Positions 1 through 7,918 of a stretch of DNA of 25,445 nucleotides are shown here, piece by piece. A program made the translations under genes and the position numbers. The DNA comes from a virus. Taxonomy: Duplodnaviria; Caudoviricetes. Location of the stretch: positions 1 to 25,445 of the IMG/VR virus record IMGVR_UViG_3300033487_000037; one strand, 5' to 3'. Positions within the stretch are counted from its first letter, which is position 1, and every line of letters starts with the position of its first letter. The notes beneath the pieces are model-generated. The model was not told the DNA's origin. It was given only the letters and a program-made list of their open reading frames with translations, and made no database searches.

Positions 1-356
1 GACATCGCTTCGAGCGCCTGCAGCGCCTGCTGGCAGGGATGAGGCTGCCGGCGCTTGTCGGTGGCCAGATTCTCCTTCCGGGGACTCCGCACGATGCGGT
101 CGTCGAACCGGAGCTTCAGGCTCAGCTCAGGCTGCTCGGCCGATGTCAGGTCGTGGTTCCACCCGATGGACAGGTCCGTGTCGGCCGAATCGTCGCCATC
201 CGCAGCCGCCCATCCCGTCGGGATCTTCCACTTGATGTCCCCGGGGTTGATCTGGAAGAACACGGCATCGTTCTGTGGAGAGTCCGGCCATCTCCCTATC
301 GGGTGCTCTGGGGAGATGTAGTTCGGGTCGAGCTGAAGATTCCCGACGATCGCCAT
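1..356 (-). CDS. CIS-tube/tail tube initiator-like baseplate protein, truncated by the window edge (absent from the ORF track)
   Basis: ATG at 356 preceded by AAGGGGAG just after the upstream stop; open to base 1: MAIVGNLQLDPNY...AVFFQINPGDIKWKIPTGW...LSLKLRFDD, fitting the FxxNP..W..LxLxLxFD pattern of CIS_tube/Afp7-like proteins; lies downstream of the tape measure gene. Confidence 0.7.
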   Translation of the reverse strand, partial: MAIVGNLQLDPNYISPEHPIGRWPDSPQNDAVFFQINPGDIKWKIPTGWAAADGDDSADTDLSIGWNHDLTSAEQPELSLKLRFDDRIVRSPRKENLATDKRRQPHPCQQALQALEAM

Positions 357-367
357 GTTCTCCCCTT

Positions 368-1456
368 CTACAGTCCGGTCGGTCCCCGCCACGAAGTGAA
401 TGTTCCCGGTATCTTATCTGATGCCAAAGGAACCGACATCGAGGACGAAGGAACCGGACGAACCGGAGTAGGAGGAGCTGGGGCCTGATTTTCCCCGTCG
501 ATCGACACTCCGGAACTCCAGGTCTCAGCGACAACCTCGGATGCTCTCCAGGAGTCCGTGTACCGGATCTCCTGAAGAGCCACAGTCACCATGGCGGAGG
601 TGATCTGTCTCTTGATGTTGGTGGACATCCTCAACGTGAACGATCTCCGGAGTCTCTCATCCTCCTCTACATCCTGGGTGTCGCCGTACCGGCGAACATC
701 GATGCCGATCTCCTTGATGACGCAGGGATAGATCACCATGGACCCGAGCTTGACCCTGAGAGGAAACGGAGCGATCGGAGTGTTGAGCTTCGCCATCCCG
801 TTCCGGGTTCCCACGTTTTCCAGCTCGTTCTTCTCGATGTACTTGCCGTACTTCTGCTGGACATTATCCTTCGGCCGGGAGAAGGTACTGTTCTGCAGGG
901 ACCGGGCGAAATCGGCCACCTGCTTCTGAATCTCCTTGGGAGTTCCCTTCTTCAGGATGATCTGCTGGGACTGGATGGTGATGTCCATGTTGGCCTCATA
1001 GGTCAGCATCGTAGCCCACCTGATGAGGGTGTTGATGGTCTTCTGCGCCGGGACCGGACACCGGAGGTCATCGAGGAGGGTCGAGAATTCCAGTTCCCTT
1101 CCCTGGAATCCGACGTATCGCCTGTCCTTGGGAATCCCGGACTTCCCCGCCTTGGTGGCCTCCTGCCACTTGGACAGGTACTTGATCTTGACCAGCATTC
1201 CATTGCCACGGGACAGGGCCGGGAAGTCCAGCCGTTCCGGGCGGCCATACGTCTGCGGAGGAGGGACGCTCTCCAGCGTGAGAATCTGGCTCGCCGGAAG
1301 GATCTGCCCCGAGTCCTCGGTCGGCAGGATCTGGAAGATCGACACGGTCCGGTCATTCTGTCCCACTCCCGGGCCGGCTGCGGGAGGCTCGGTCTTGGTG
1401 GCCGGCTGCTCCGATTTCTTCGGCTCGTCGGCCTTGGAGACGTCGGTGATGCTCAC
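368..1456 (-). CDS. Tail tube initiator-like (CIS_tube / T4 gp48-gp54-like) protein, ~362 aa
   Basis: Likely start is GTG 1456, overlapping the TMP stop (GTGA), rather than 1684; KWQE...VGFQG.RELEFSTLLD and LRVKLGSMVIYPCVIKEIGI...SAMVTVALQE segments; directly after the tape measure gene. Confidence 0.6.
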   Translation of the reverse strand: MSITDVSKADEPKKSEQPATKTEPPAAGPGVGQNDRTVSIFQILPTEDSGQILPASQILTLESVPPPQTYGRPERLDFPALSRGNGMLVKIKYLSKWQEATKAGKSGIPKDRRYVGFQGRELEFSTLLDDLRCPVPAQKTINTLIRWATMLTYEANMDITIQSQQIILKKGTPKEIQKQVADFARSLQNSTFSRPKDNVQQKYGKYIEKNELENVGTRNGMAKLNTPIAPFPLRVKLGSMVIYPCVIKEIGIDVRRYGDTQDVEEDERLRRSFTLRMSTNIKRQITSAMVTVALQEIRYTDSWRASEVVAETWSSGVSIDGENQAPAPPTPVRPVPSSSMSVPLASDKIPGTFTSWRGPTGL

Positions 1457-3366
1457 GCCTGGCCTCCGGACCTGATGGAATCGATGGACTTGCGCTCGGC
1501 GACCGCAGTGGCGATCTGGGCTCCGTCGAGATAGATCGGAGCCTGCAGGCTCACGTTGACCGGCGCGGCCGCTCCTCCGGCCCCTCCTCCGACCATCGAC
1601 GCGACCTTCGAGGCGAACCCGCCCATCATGGTGGCAAGGTGGGTCAGCGGCATGACGATCTCGGGCTGCTTCTCGCCAGCCCACAGCAGCGACTTGCGGC
1701 TGACGACCTTTCCGGCCGGGGCTCCAGGGAGTTCTACCTCCCCGCCAGCCGCAGCAATCTCGCCGCCCTCAGTGGTAGCGACTCCAGGAACCCCACCCAT
1801 GGCCGCCTCCTGCATGGTGTCGCTTATGCCCTTCATCCCGGCGGCCACGTCCTTGGTGGCCGCAACCCATGACGTCTCCTCTCCTTTGAGTCTCTTCCAG
1901 GCATATGCGAGTCCGATGATGACGGCGGCGAGAACGATGACTCCGGCGATGATCCATCCGAGGATGGGTAGCCAGGCTGCCAGTGCCGTGAATCCGGCCT
2001 TACCGAGAGCGTACATGGCGAGTTTCGCCCCGACGAGGGCTACAGTCACGTAGGTGATCACGTAGAGAAGACCCATGAAAGCGCCTATAACCGGAATGAT
2101 CCACGAGAACTTGCTTTTGGTAATCGCGGCGAGAGCCATGGTAATGGCGCTCATAACCTCGGTCATAACAGCAATGAGTGGTCCTCCGGCCAGGGTCTTC
2201 ATTCCTTGAATCGTGCTATCTAGCGACTTCAGAGTCTGCACGTAGGTTTCATTCATCTTCTGGAACATCTTCATGGTATCGCCCGCGCCCTCGGCAGCCC
2301 TCTTTCTGGCCGCCTCTCCTTCTATTACCATGCTGGTGTACTTCTCGACGTTCCTGGACATCGTGATGATGTCAGAAACGTAGTTTCCGTGCAGTCCGGC
2401 GGCGCGAAGCATATTCGAGGCGTCGACGCCGTGTGCCTGATTCAGCATCCTGAGCACTCTGACGAAGGCTTCGACAGGCTTGGTCCTGAACTCGCTGACG
2501 AACTCATTGACCGACCCGATCATTCCCCTCTTCTGGAGTTGTACTCCGAATGCCCGAGCATTGCTGGCGAGGAGCTGGCCGGCCCTGTTCACTCCGGTAG
2601 ATCCGCGCCGGAGGAGGATTCCCGAGTCCGAGATCAGAGCGCCCAGCGCGAGCACCTCGACATTGCTTGCGCCCATCGCGCTCCAGAATGCTCCGAACCG
2701 CTCGGTGGCCTTCATCACGTCGATGGAGGTTCCCTTGATCTGCCAGCCTAGCTGGGTGACTACCGAACCGACTTCAGCCATCGACTGGGCAGTTGGATTG
2801 GCGATACCAAGCCAGGTGTGCAGCTTTCCGAGCCATTCGGCGGCCGCCGCGTTGCTCGTGCCAATGGACCGGGCGAACATGATTGACTGAAGGCTCATGT
2901 TCATAATCTCTTCGTTCGTCTTATTGGCGATCATGCCCATCTTGGCGAACTCAAGAGTAGCGTCGGCGACCTCCTGTGCCGACGCCGGAAGCCCGGCAGT
3001 GAACTGGATCAGGCTGGTGCTCAGCTTGTCGACTTCCTTCTGATCCATCCCCAAGATGACTCCGACTTGGGTCATCGTGGATTGGACCTTGGCCGCGTTG
3101 TCGATCATGTCCTGAGTGAGATTACCAAGAGTGTCGACCGCGACCTGGCCGTATCGGGTGATTTCACGAAGAGCCTGCGGGAACATACCGGCCGCCATGG
3201 CTCCGGCCGTTCCCTGATCCTTGACGGTCTCGGCAGCTTGACGGATGCCATTCCTGGTCACCCAGTTGAGCACCTTGAATTCGTCGGCGATCTTGTTCAG
3301 CTCGGCTGACATCTCGTTCCGAGCTACCAGACGAATGCCGAAGGTCACCAGCTCAGAGAAGGCCAT
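1453..3366 (-). CDS. Tail tape measure protein (TP901-like core), 637 aa
   Basis: Ala/Gly-rich helical protein; SAQEVADATLEFAKMG core; hydrophobic TM-like block; C-terminal AGEKQPEIVMPL and IYLDGAQIA motifs; follows the frameshifted chaperone. Confidence 0.9.
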   Translation of the reverse strand: MAFSELVTFGIRLVARNEMSAELNKIADEFKVLNWVTRNGIRQAAETVKDQGTAGAMAAGMFPQALREITRYGQVAVDTLGNLTQDMIDNAAKVQSTMTQVGVILGMDQKEVDKLSTSLIQFTAGLPASAQEVADATLEFAKMGMIANKTNEEIMNMSLQSIMFARSIGTSNAAAAEWLGKLHTWLGIANPTAQSMAEVGSVVTQLGWQIKGTSIDVMKATERFGAFWSAMGASNVEVLALGALISDSGILLRRGSTGVNRAGQLLASNARAFGVQLQKRGMIGSVNEFVSEFRTKPVEAFVRVLRMLNQAHGVDASNMLRAAGLHGNYVSDIITMSRNVEKYTSMVIEGEAARKRAAEGAGDTMKMFQKMNETYVQTLKSLDSTIQGMKTLAGGPLIAVMTEVMSAITMALAAITKSKFSWIIPVIGAFMGLLYVITYVTVALVGAKLAMYALGKAGFTALAAWLPILGWIIAGVIVLAAVIIGLAYAWKRLKGEETSWVAATKDVAAGMKGISDTMQEAAMGGVPGVATTEGGEIAAAGGEVELPGAPAGKVVSRKSLLWAGEKQPEIVMPLTHLATMMGGFASKVASMVGGGAGGAAAPVNVSLQAPIYLDGAQIATAVAERKSIDSIRSGGQA

Positions 3367-3369
3367 CGG

Positions 3370-3600
3370 TCACCTCGCCTTACCCATTCCGCTCTTCATC
3401 GCGTCTACCTCGCTCTGCTGCCGGTCGTTGTGCTCGCTGGCTCGCTTGAGCAGGGCCAGGCGATCACGGTCCGTCAGATCCATCAAGTCGTGCCACCCGA
3501 ATCCCGTGAACGTCAGGGCGATGTAGCACAACTGGTCCATCAGAATATCGTACTCGTCCTTGTCGCTGCCCTCCGGAGGGGTCAGCGTTGCGTCTTGAAT
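3370..3600 (-). CDS. -1 frameshift extension of the tail assembly chaperone (gpGT-like, DUF6760-like), 76 aa
   Basis: The -1 frame after the slippery site encodes IQDATLTPP...MDQLCYIALTFTGFGWHDLMDLTDRDRLALLKR; ends 3 nt before the TMP ATG. Confidence 0.75.
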   Translation of the reverse strand: MQDATLTPPEGSDKDEYDILMDQLCYIALTFTGFGWHDLMDLTDRDRLALLKRASEHNDRQQSEVDAMKSGMGKAR

Positions 3601-4331
3601 AAAAAATCCACGTCCCCGAGATCGACCGGGGTCTCTCCCCCGCAGGCGTTGCACGTGATCCTGATGTTCCACTGCGGGCCGGGCTGCTTTGCCCGGTACT
3701 CCTTCTCCAGCCACTCGATCTCCGGTATCGTGAGGCTGTCGATGAACGCCATGGAGTTCGGCAGCTCGACCGGCTTGCCGTTCTTCTCCCAGGCGCGGAT
3801 CAGCCGGCTCATCAGCTCGTAGTTGGCGGCGACAGGATCGGACTTGATCTTGTCGGCCAGGTTCACCTGATCGTGGCCGATCGGGTAGCGCAGGGCAGCC
3901 TTGATCCCCATCTCCTTGGATTCGAGATCGGTGATGGCGAAACTGCCCTCGATCCGGAAGTCCTTCTCGACCTCCAGCCGACGGATCTCCACGTCGTCGA
4001 TGGGGATGTCGAAGACGATGGTGGTCTGGCACTTCGGGCAGACCAACTGCCCCGGCATGATATCGCCGATCGATATCTTCCGGAGCATCATCAGCAGGTA
4101 GTCCCGGTCGCCGACGATCATCGCGTTGATGAGCTGCGGCGACGCAGGAGCCGAGCCGATCAGCTCGCAGCACTGCGCCAGCATCGTGGTGATGCCGTTC
4201 GCCGGGTTCTTCTGGCTCTGCCTGTTGAGGATCTGGCGGCGGACGCCGGCCGTCATCGGCTTCAGAGTCACTTCCCGGATGACTGTTCCGCCCGACACGA
4301 GACCGAGAGGGAGGATGAACTGCTCGCTCAC
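3582..4331 (-). CDS. Tail assembly chaperone (T4 baseplate-hub/gp26-like features, two CxxC motifs), 249 aa
   Basis: LPLGL...REVTLKPMTA, GDRDYLLMMLRKISIG, CPKC, CNAC; located between tube and TMP; ends DFLF at the slippery site. Confidence 0.8.
   Translation of the reverse strand: MSEQFILPLGLVSGGTVIREVTLKPMTAGVRRQILNRQSQKNPANGITTMLAQCCELIGSAPASPQLINAMIVGDRDYLLMMLRKISIGDIMPGQLVCPKCQTTIVFDIPIDDVEIRRLEVEKDFRIEGSFAITDLESKEMGIKAALRYPIGHDQVNLADKIKSDPVAANYELMSRLIRAWEKNGKPVELPNSMAFIDSLTIPEIEWLEKEYRAKQPGPQWNIRITCNACGGETPVDLGDVDFLFKTQR
3600..3606 (-). other. Programmed -1 ribosomal frameshift heptamer T TTT TTA
   Basis: GAT TTT TTA in X XXY YYZ register near the chaperone 3' end; a six-T run in GC-rich DNA; -1 frame open to 3370; imperfect hairpin at 3564-3587. 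Confidence 0.8.
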
Positions 4332-4389
4332 GACATGCCCCTTTCACCACTGGTCAAAGGACCGTTGGCGGTACCACCGCCGCGTCCGT

Positions 4390-5040
4390 CTACATGTTCA
4401 CAGTCAGGGTCTTGAAGACCATCTCCATTTCGCAGATCCATGCCTCGTTGGCCTTGGCGTCGAGATCACCGATCTTGAGCTTCGTCGGCCAGCACTCGGT
4501 GAGGACGATCTCGATGCCCGGGGTATCGGCCTTGGGGCCGACCAACCCCGCCTTCGTGCGCATGCGCGCAGGCACCGACGGCTGCCTCGAATCGCCGATG
4601 AGCGTGGACTGGGACATCTGCTTGGTCGCGTTCATGGAAGGAGAGAATGCCTGCACCTTGAGGGGGACCCTGATCGACACGTCCCGCTTCTTGATGTATA
4701 CCGGGGCGAATCCTCGGACCGCGCTCACGCAGTCCTGGAACCACGACAGGAGAGCGAACAGGACCGCCTCGGTGGTGATCCCTCGGGAGAAGGCGACCTT
4801 CTGATTGGTGATGGACTTGGGGACGTAGATCGGAAGAGCGTCCGTTCCGTCGTAGGTCTCCTCGACTATGATCTCCGTATCGATGCCGCTGATCTTCTGG
4901 AATCCGATCTGGTTGTCGGAATCGTCCAGGAGACCGTAGTCGCTACTGATCTCCTGGACGAGGACAGCGAAGTTGCAGTTGGCGATCGGGTCTGGCTTGT
5001 ATCCGACGATCCCCTTGCCAGACGCCGATGACATCCCCAC
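4390..5040 (-). CDS. Second T4 gp19-like tail tube family protein (alternative start ATG 5034)
   Basis: DPIANCNFAV, GFQKISGI, FSRGIT, WF, CWPTKLKIGDLDAKANEAWICEMEM; clear paralog of the adjacent tube gene. Confidence 0.85.
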   Translation of the reverse strand: MGMSSASGKGIVGYKPDPIANCNFAVLVQEISSDYGLLDDSDNQIGFQKISGIDTEIIVEETYDGTDALPIYVPKSITNQKVAFSRGITTEAVLFALLSWFQDCVSAVRGFAPVYIKKRDVSIRVPLKVQAFSPSMNATKQMSQSTLIGDSRQPSVPARMRTKAGLVGPKADTPGIEIVLTECWPTKLKIGDLDAKANEAWICEMEMVFKTLTVNM

Positions 5041-5060
5041 CGGTCACCGCCTGTCGCGAT

Positions 5061-5606
5061 CTACTTCTTGCGCATCTCGAAGATGGACGCGATCTTGAGC
5101 GGGATCGAGCCGGGGGCCAGCGCCTCGTAGACGAACTCGACCTCCGTGAGCCAGATGTCGCTGGCGTTGGCGTCGAGGTCCCCGTAGCTCATCTTCCTGG
5201 GCCAGGCGTTGACCAGGACCAGCTCGAACTCCGGCAGTCCCTGCCGGTTCAGGACCTGGATGTGGACGTTGTGACGGTAGGTGTTCTCCTGACCGTCGAT
5301 GGATCCGTACATCGCGGTGCTGCACGCCTCCTTCCACGCGAGCATCGCATGGAAGCCGGGGACGAGGGCGACTCCCCGGGCGAGGGTGCATGCGTCCGTC
5401 TTGATCAGCCCGGGGATCTTGCGCTGGGCGAGTGACTCGTCGCCCTCCCGGTACTCGATCAGCTCGGCCTCCTGGCCGATGCCGCTGATCTTCGAGAAGC
5501 CCATGTTCCCCAGCGCCGGGATATCCGGCACGAAGACCTGGAACTTCATCCCGCGAAGGGGATCCGGCTTGCCGACGAGGCCAAGGACTCCTGCGACCTC
5601 ACCCAT
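5061..5606 (-). CDS. Tail tube protein (T4 gp19-like / Afp1 family), 181 aa
   Basis: DPLRGMKFQV, GFSKISGI, IEYREG, KIPG, TLARGV, NAWPRKMSYGDLDA; AAGGAGG RBS; follows the sheath. Confidence 0.93.
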   Translation of the reverse strand: MGEVAGVLGLVGKPDPLRGMKFQVFVPDIPALGNMGFSKISGIGQEAELIEYREGDESLAQRKIPGLIKTDACTLARGVALVPGFHAMLAWKEACSTAMYGSIDGQENTYRHNVHIQVLNRQGLPEFELVLVNAWPRKMSYGDLDANASDIWLTEVEFVYEALAPGSIPLKIASIFEMRKK

Positions 5607-5634
5607 TGTGATCCTCCTTCTGAGGACGTACCGG

Positions 5635-7578
5635 CTACTCGGACACCGTCACGGTCCCGCCGACCCTCGACAGAGTCAGGACGATGAACTCGGCCGGGTA
5701 CGGCGGGTTGAACCCGACCGTCACGTTCACCCGCCCCTGGTTGACTATGGACTGCGGGTTGTTCTCCTTGTCGCACTTCACCGAGTAGGCACTGGCCTTG
5801 TCGTCGCTCGGGAAGAGGTACCCGGCGCGCCAGATGCCCTGCATGAAGGTGCCGCAGGTGTTGCCGATCTGGCTCCAGAGGTTCGGGTCGATGGCGCGCA
5901 TCAGGTACGGCCGGAGGCCGAGCTTGAGCGACTTCTTGATGAAGTTGGTCAGCAGGCGGACGTTGACGTAGTGCTTGCCGTCCTGGGCATTCTGCAGCGT
6001 GCGCGCGCCCATGATCCGGATGCCCTCGCCCGGGTAGACCCGGATGCAGTTGACCCCGATCGGGTTGAGGATGTCGTGCTCGCCGTCCGAGACATCGTGC
6101 ATGACGCCGTTGACCCCGGCCAGGGCGATGTTGGCCGGCGGCGTGTGCGGTCCGCTCGACCTGGCGACGGCCGAGTAGACCCCCATGACGTGCCCAGACG
6201 GGGGCAGGTAGATATTCTGGCCGTCCACCTCGGGATCGGCGACCTGGATCCAGGGGTAGTAGAGCGAGGCGTAGCTGGTGTCGCGGTTGAGCGTGTTGAG
6301 CCGCCAGTCCCGGATTTCGGCGCACTCGTCCGAGGTCGACGGGGCATCGCTGATGAACTCGATGTCCTGGCGCAGGGTCCCGGCCGCGTAGTCGACGCCT
6401 CCCTGCTGCACGGTCGTGGTGGTCACGCCCGGCACCGACAGGAAGTTGATGTCGGTGATCTTGTCGAAGGCGTGGAGGCCCTTCCCGTTGACCTCGGTGC
6501 CGACGTAGTCGGCGTCCCCGGGAGCCGTTCCGTCGGTCCCTCCGGCCAGGGCCGTCCAGGTCACCGGCTTGGGGACCTGCGACCACCCGGTCGAGGAGGA
6601 GTCCATGTCCACCTCGATCAGGTCCGACTCGTCGTTGTCGCCCTTGAGCCTGGTCTCGACGTAGTCCTCCCTGTTCGTCGAGGAGGGCGAGAGGTAGGTG
6701 CTCGGCTGCGCCTCGATCCCCTGGTCGGAGGCGCGCATGATGAACTCCTGGGAGGCCACCAGCGCGTCCACCGCGAATCCGGGAGTCATGTCGGTCGACG
6801 CGAACATCACGTCGTTCCCGTTGATCCCCGTGACCGTCACCGTCTTCAGGGTCGTCCCGTTGGAGATGGTGAGGATCTGCCCGACCCGGACCGACGCCAC
6901 GTTCCGCAGCGTCATCTGGGTCTGCGATCCGGTCGGGATGGCGACCGTGTTCTGGGTGATCACCCGGTGCTGGGAGGGGGTGGCGACTCGCGCATCGTCG
7001 GCGATCTCGGCGGCCGCCGTGACCGACGCGGCGAAGGTGATCGTCTTCGTCGACGGGTCGATGCTCTGGATGAGGGCGGTGATCGAGTCGACGCCATCGC
7101 TGATGAAGAGGATGTCGCCTCTCTCCAGGCCCTCGACGCTGTCCACCACGCAGGTGGTGCGCGCGCCTGCCGGGATCGCGCCGTTCAGGACGGTCTCGAA
7201 CTTCGTGGTGGAATACTTGATGTAGTTGCCGTAGGCCCCGATCCACCTGGCGTTGATGTCGTAGGCAGTCGCGTCTCCACCGAAGTCGGCCGCGTCGGCG
7301 TCGGCCACGGCTCCAGCGGTCGCATTCATCGCCCGGACGACGTAGCAGCGGCTGCCGCCGTTGTCGAAGAAGCCCTTGACCGCGTAGGTCAGGTAGCTGT
7401 CCGAACGATAGCCGCCGAAGGTGTTCCAGTAGGTGGTGAAGCTGTCGCAGAGGACAGCCTCATCTACCGGCCCGCGCTCGGCGACTCCCAAGAAGGCCCC
7501 TGTCGACACAGCAACGACCGGCACGCCTGGCGGCGACTGCGATTCCTCGACATAGACGTCCGGGCGAAGCAGCTCCAT
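5635..7578 (-). CDS. Contractile tail sheath protein, 647 aa
   Basis: RPDVYVEE, AFLGVAERGP, GFFDNGGSRCYVVR, LYYPWI, PPSGHVMGVY, PAN, LNPIGVNCIR, GARTL, YVNVR, PAEFI. Confidence 0.97.
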   Translation of the reverse strand: MELLRPDVYVEESQSPPGVPVVAVSTGAFLGVAERGPVDEAVLCDSFTTYWNTFGGYRSDSYLTYAVKGFFDNGGSRCYVVRAMNATAGAVADADAADFGGDATAYDINARWIGAYGNYIKYSTTKFETVLNGAIPAGARTTCVVDSVEGLERGDILFISDGVDSITALIQSIDPSTKTITFAASVTAAAEIADDARVATPSQHRVITQNTVAIPTGSQTQMTLRNVASVRVGQILTISNGTTLKTVTVTGINGNDVMFASTDMTPGFAVDALVASQEFIMRASDQGIEAQPSTYLSPSSTNREDYVETRLKGDNDESDLIEVDMDSSSTGWSQVPKPVTWTALAGGTDGTAPGDADYVGTEVNGKGLHAFDKITDINFLSVPGVTTTTVQQGGVDYAAGTLRQDIEFISDAPSTSDECAEIRDWRLNTLNRDTSYASLYYPWIQVADPEVDGQNIYLPPSGHVMGVYSAVARSSGPHTPPANIALAGVNGVMHDVSDGEHDILNPIGVNCIRVYPGEGIRIMGARTLQNAQDGKHYVNVRLLTNFIKKSLKLGLRPYLMRAIDPNLWSQIGNTCGTFMQGIWRAGYLFPSDDKASAYSVKCDKENNPQSIVNQGRVNVTVGFNPPYPAEFIVLTLSRVGGTVTVSE

Positions 7579-7606
7579 GTTTCCCCTCCCTTATGAGCGT
7601 GAGCGG

Positions 7607-7834
7607 CTACTTCTTCACCGGGGCACTGCCCGGCGTCGCCACGGGCGTCACTTCCGTCGCCAGCTTCCTGTCCTTGAGGACCTTCACCGTGTGGAGGACG
7701 TTGACCGCCTTGGCCAACTCCTTCGACTTCAGCTCCGCTTCGGTCACTTCGGCCTCCCCGTGCCCGGGGAGGTGCAGCGATCTGGCGGGCAGATTGAACG
7801 TCTGCAGCGTCTTCTGGAGGCTCCTGATCTTCAT
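7607..7834 (-). CDS. Small hypothetical protein preceding the sheath, 75 aa
   Basis: ATG 7834 with GGGAGGGGG RBS (preferred over the 7918 start); MKIRSLQKTLQTFNLP... Confidence 0.7.
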   Translation of the reverse strand: MKIRSLQKTLQTFNLPARSLHLPGHGEAEVTEAELKSKELAKAVNVLHTVKVLKDRKLATEVTPVATPGSAPVKK

Positions 7835-7874
7835 TCTGGGTCCCCCTCCCCGAGGGCGTGAACGGCGTCCGATT

Positions 7875-7902
7875 ACTCTACCACGGCACTTCTTCCAGTA
7901 AA
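7875..7902 (-). promoter_or_regulatory. Candidate sigma70-type promoter for the tail operon
   Basis: TTTACT-N16-TAGAGT with an extended -10 TG, in an AT-richer intergenic gap. Confidence 0.4.
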
Positions 7903-7918
7903 CACCTCTTTTGTCCAA

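Noticed and set aside
3607-4350. 326-aa ORF 3370-4350 as an independent gene
   Set aside because: Its first ~250 codons are a shadow of the chaperone; only the post-slip part looks protein-like.
1-7578. Stand-alone eCIS/tailocin
   Set aside because: Terminase, portal, protease and capsid genes are intact in the same gene array.
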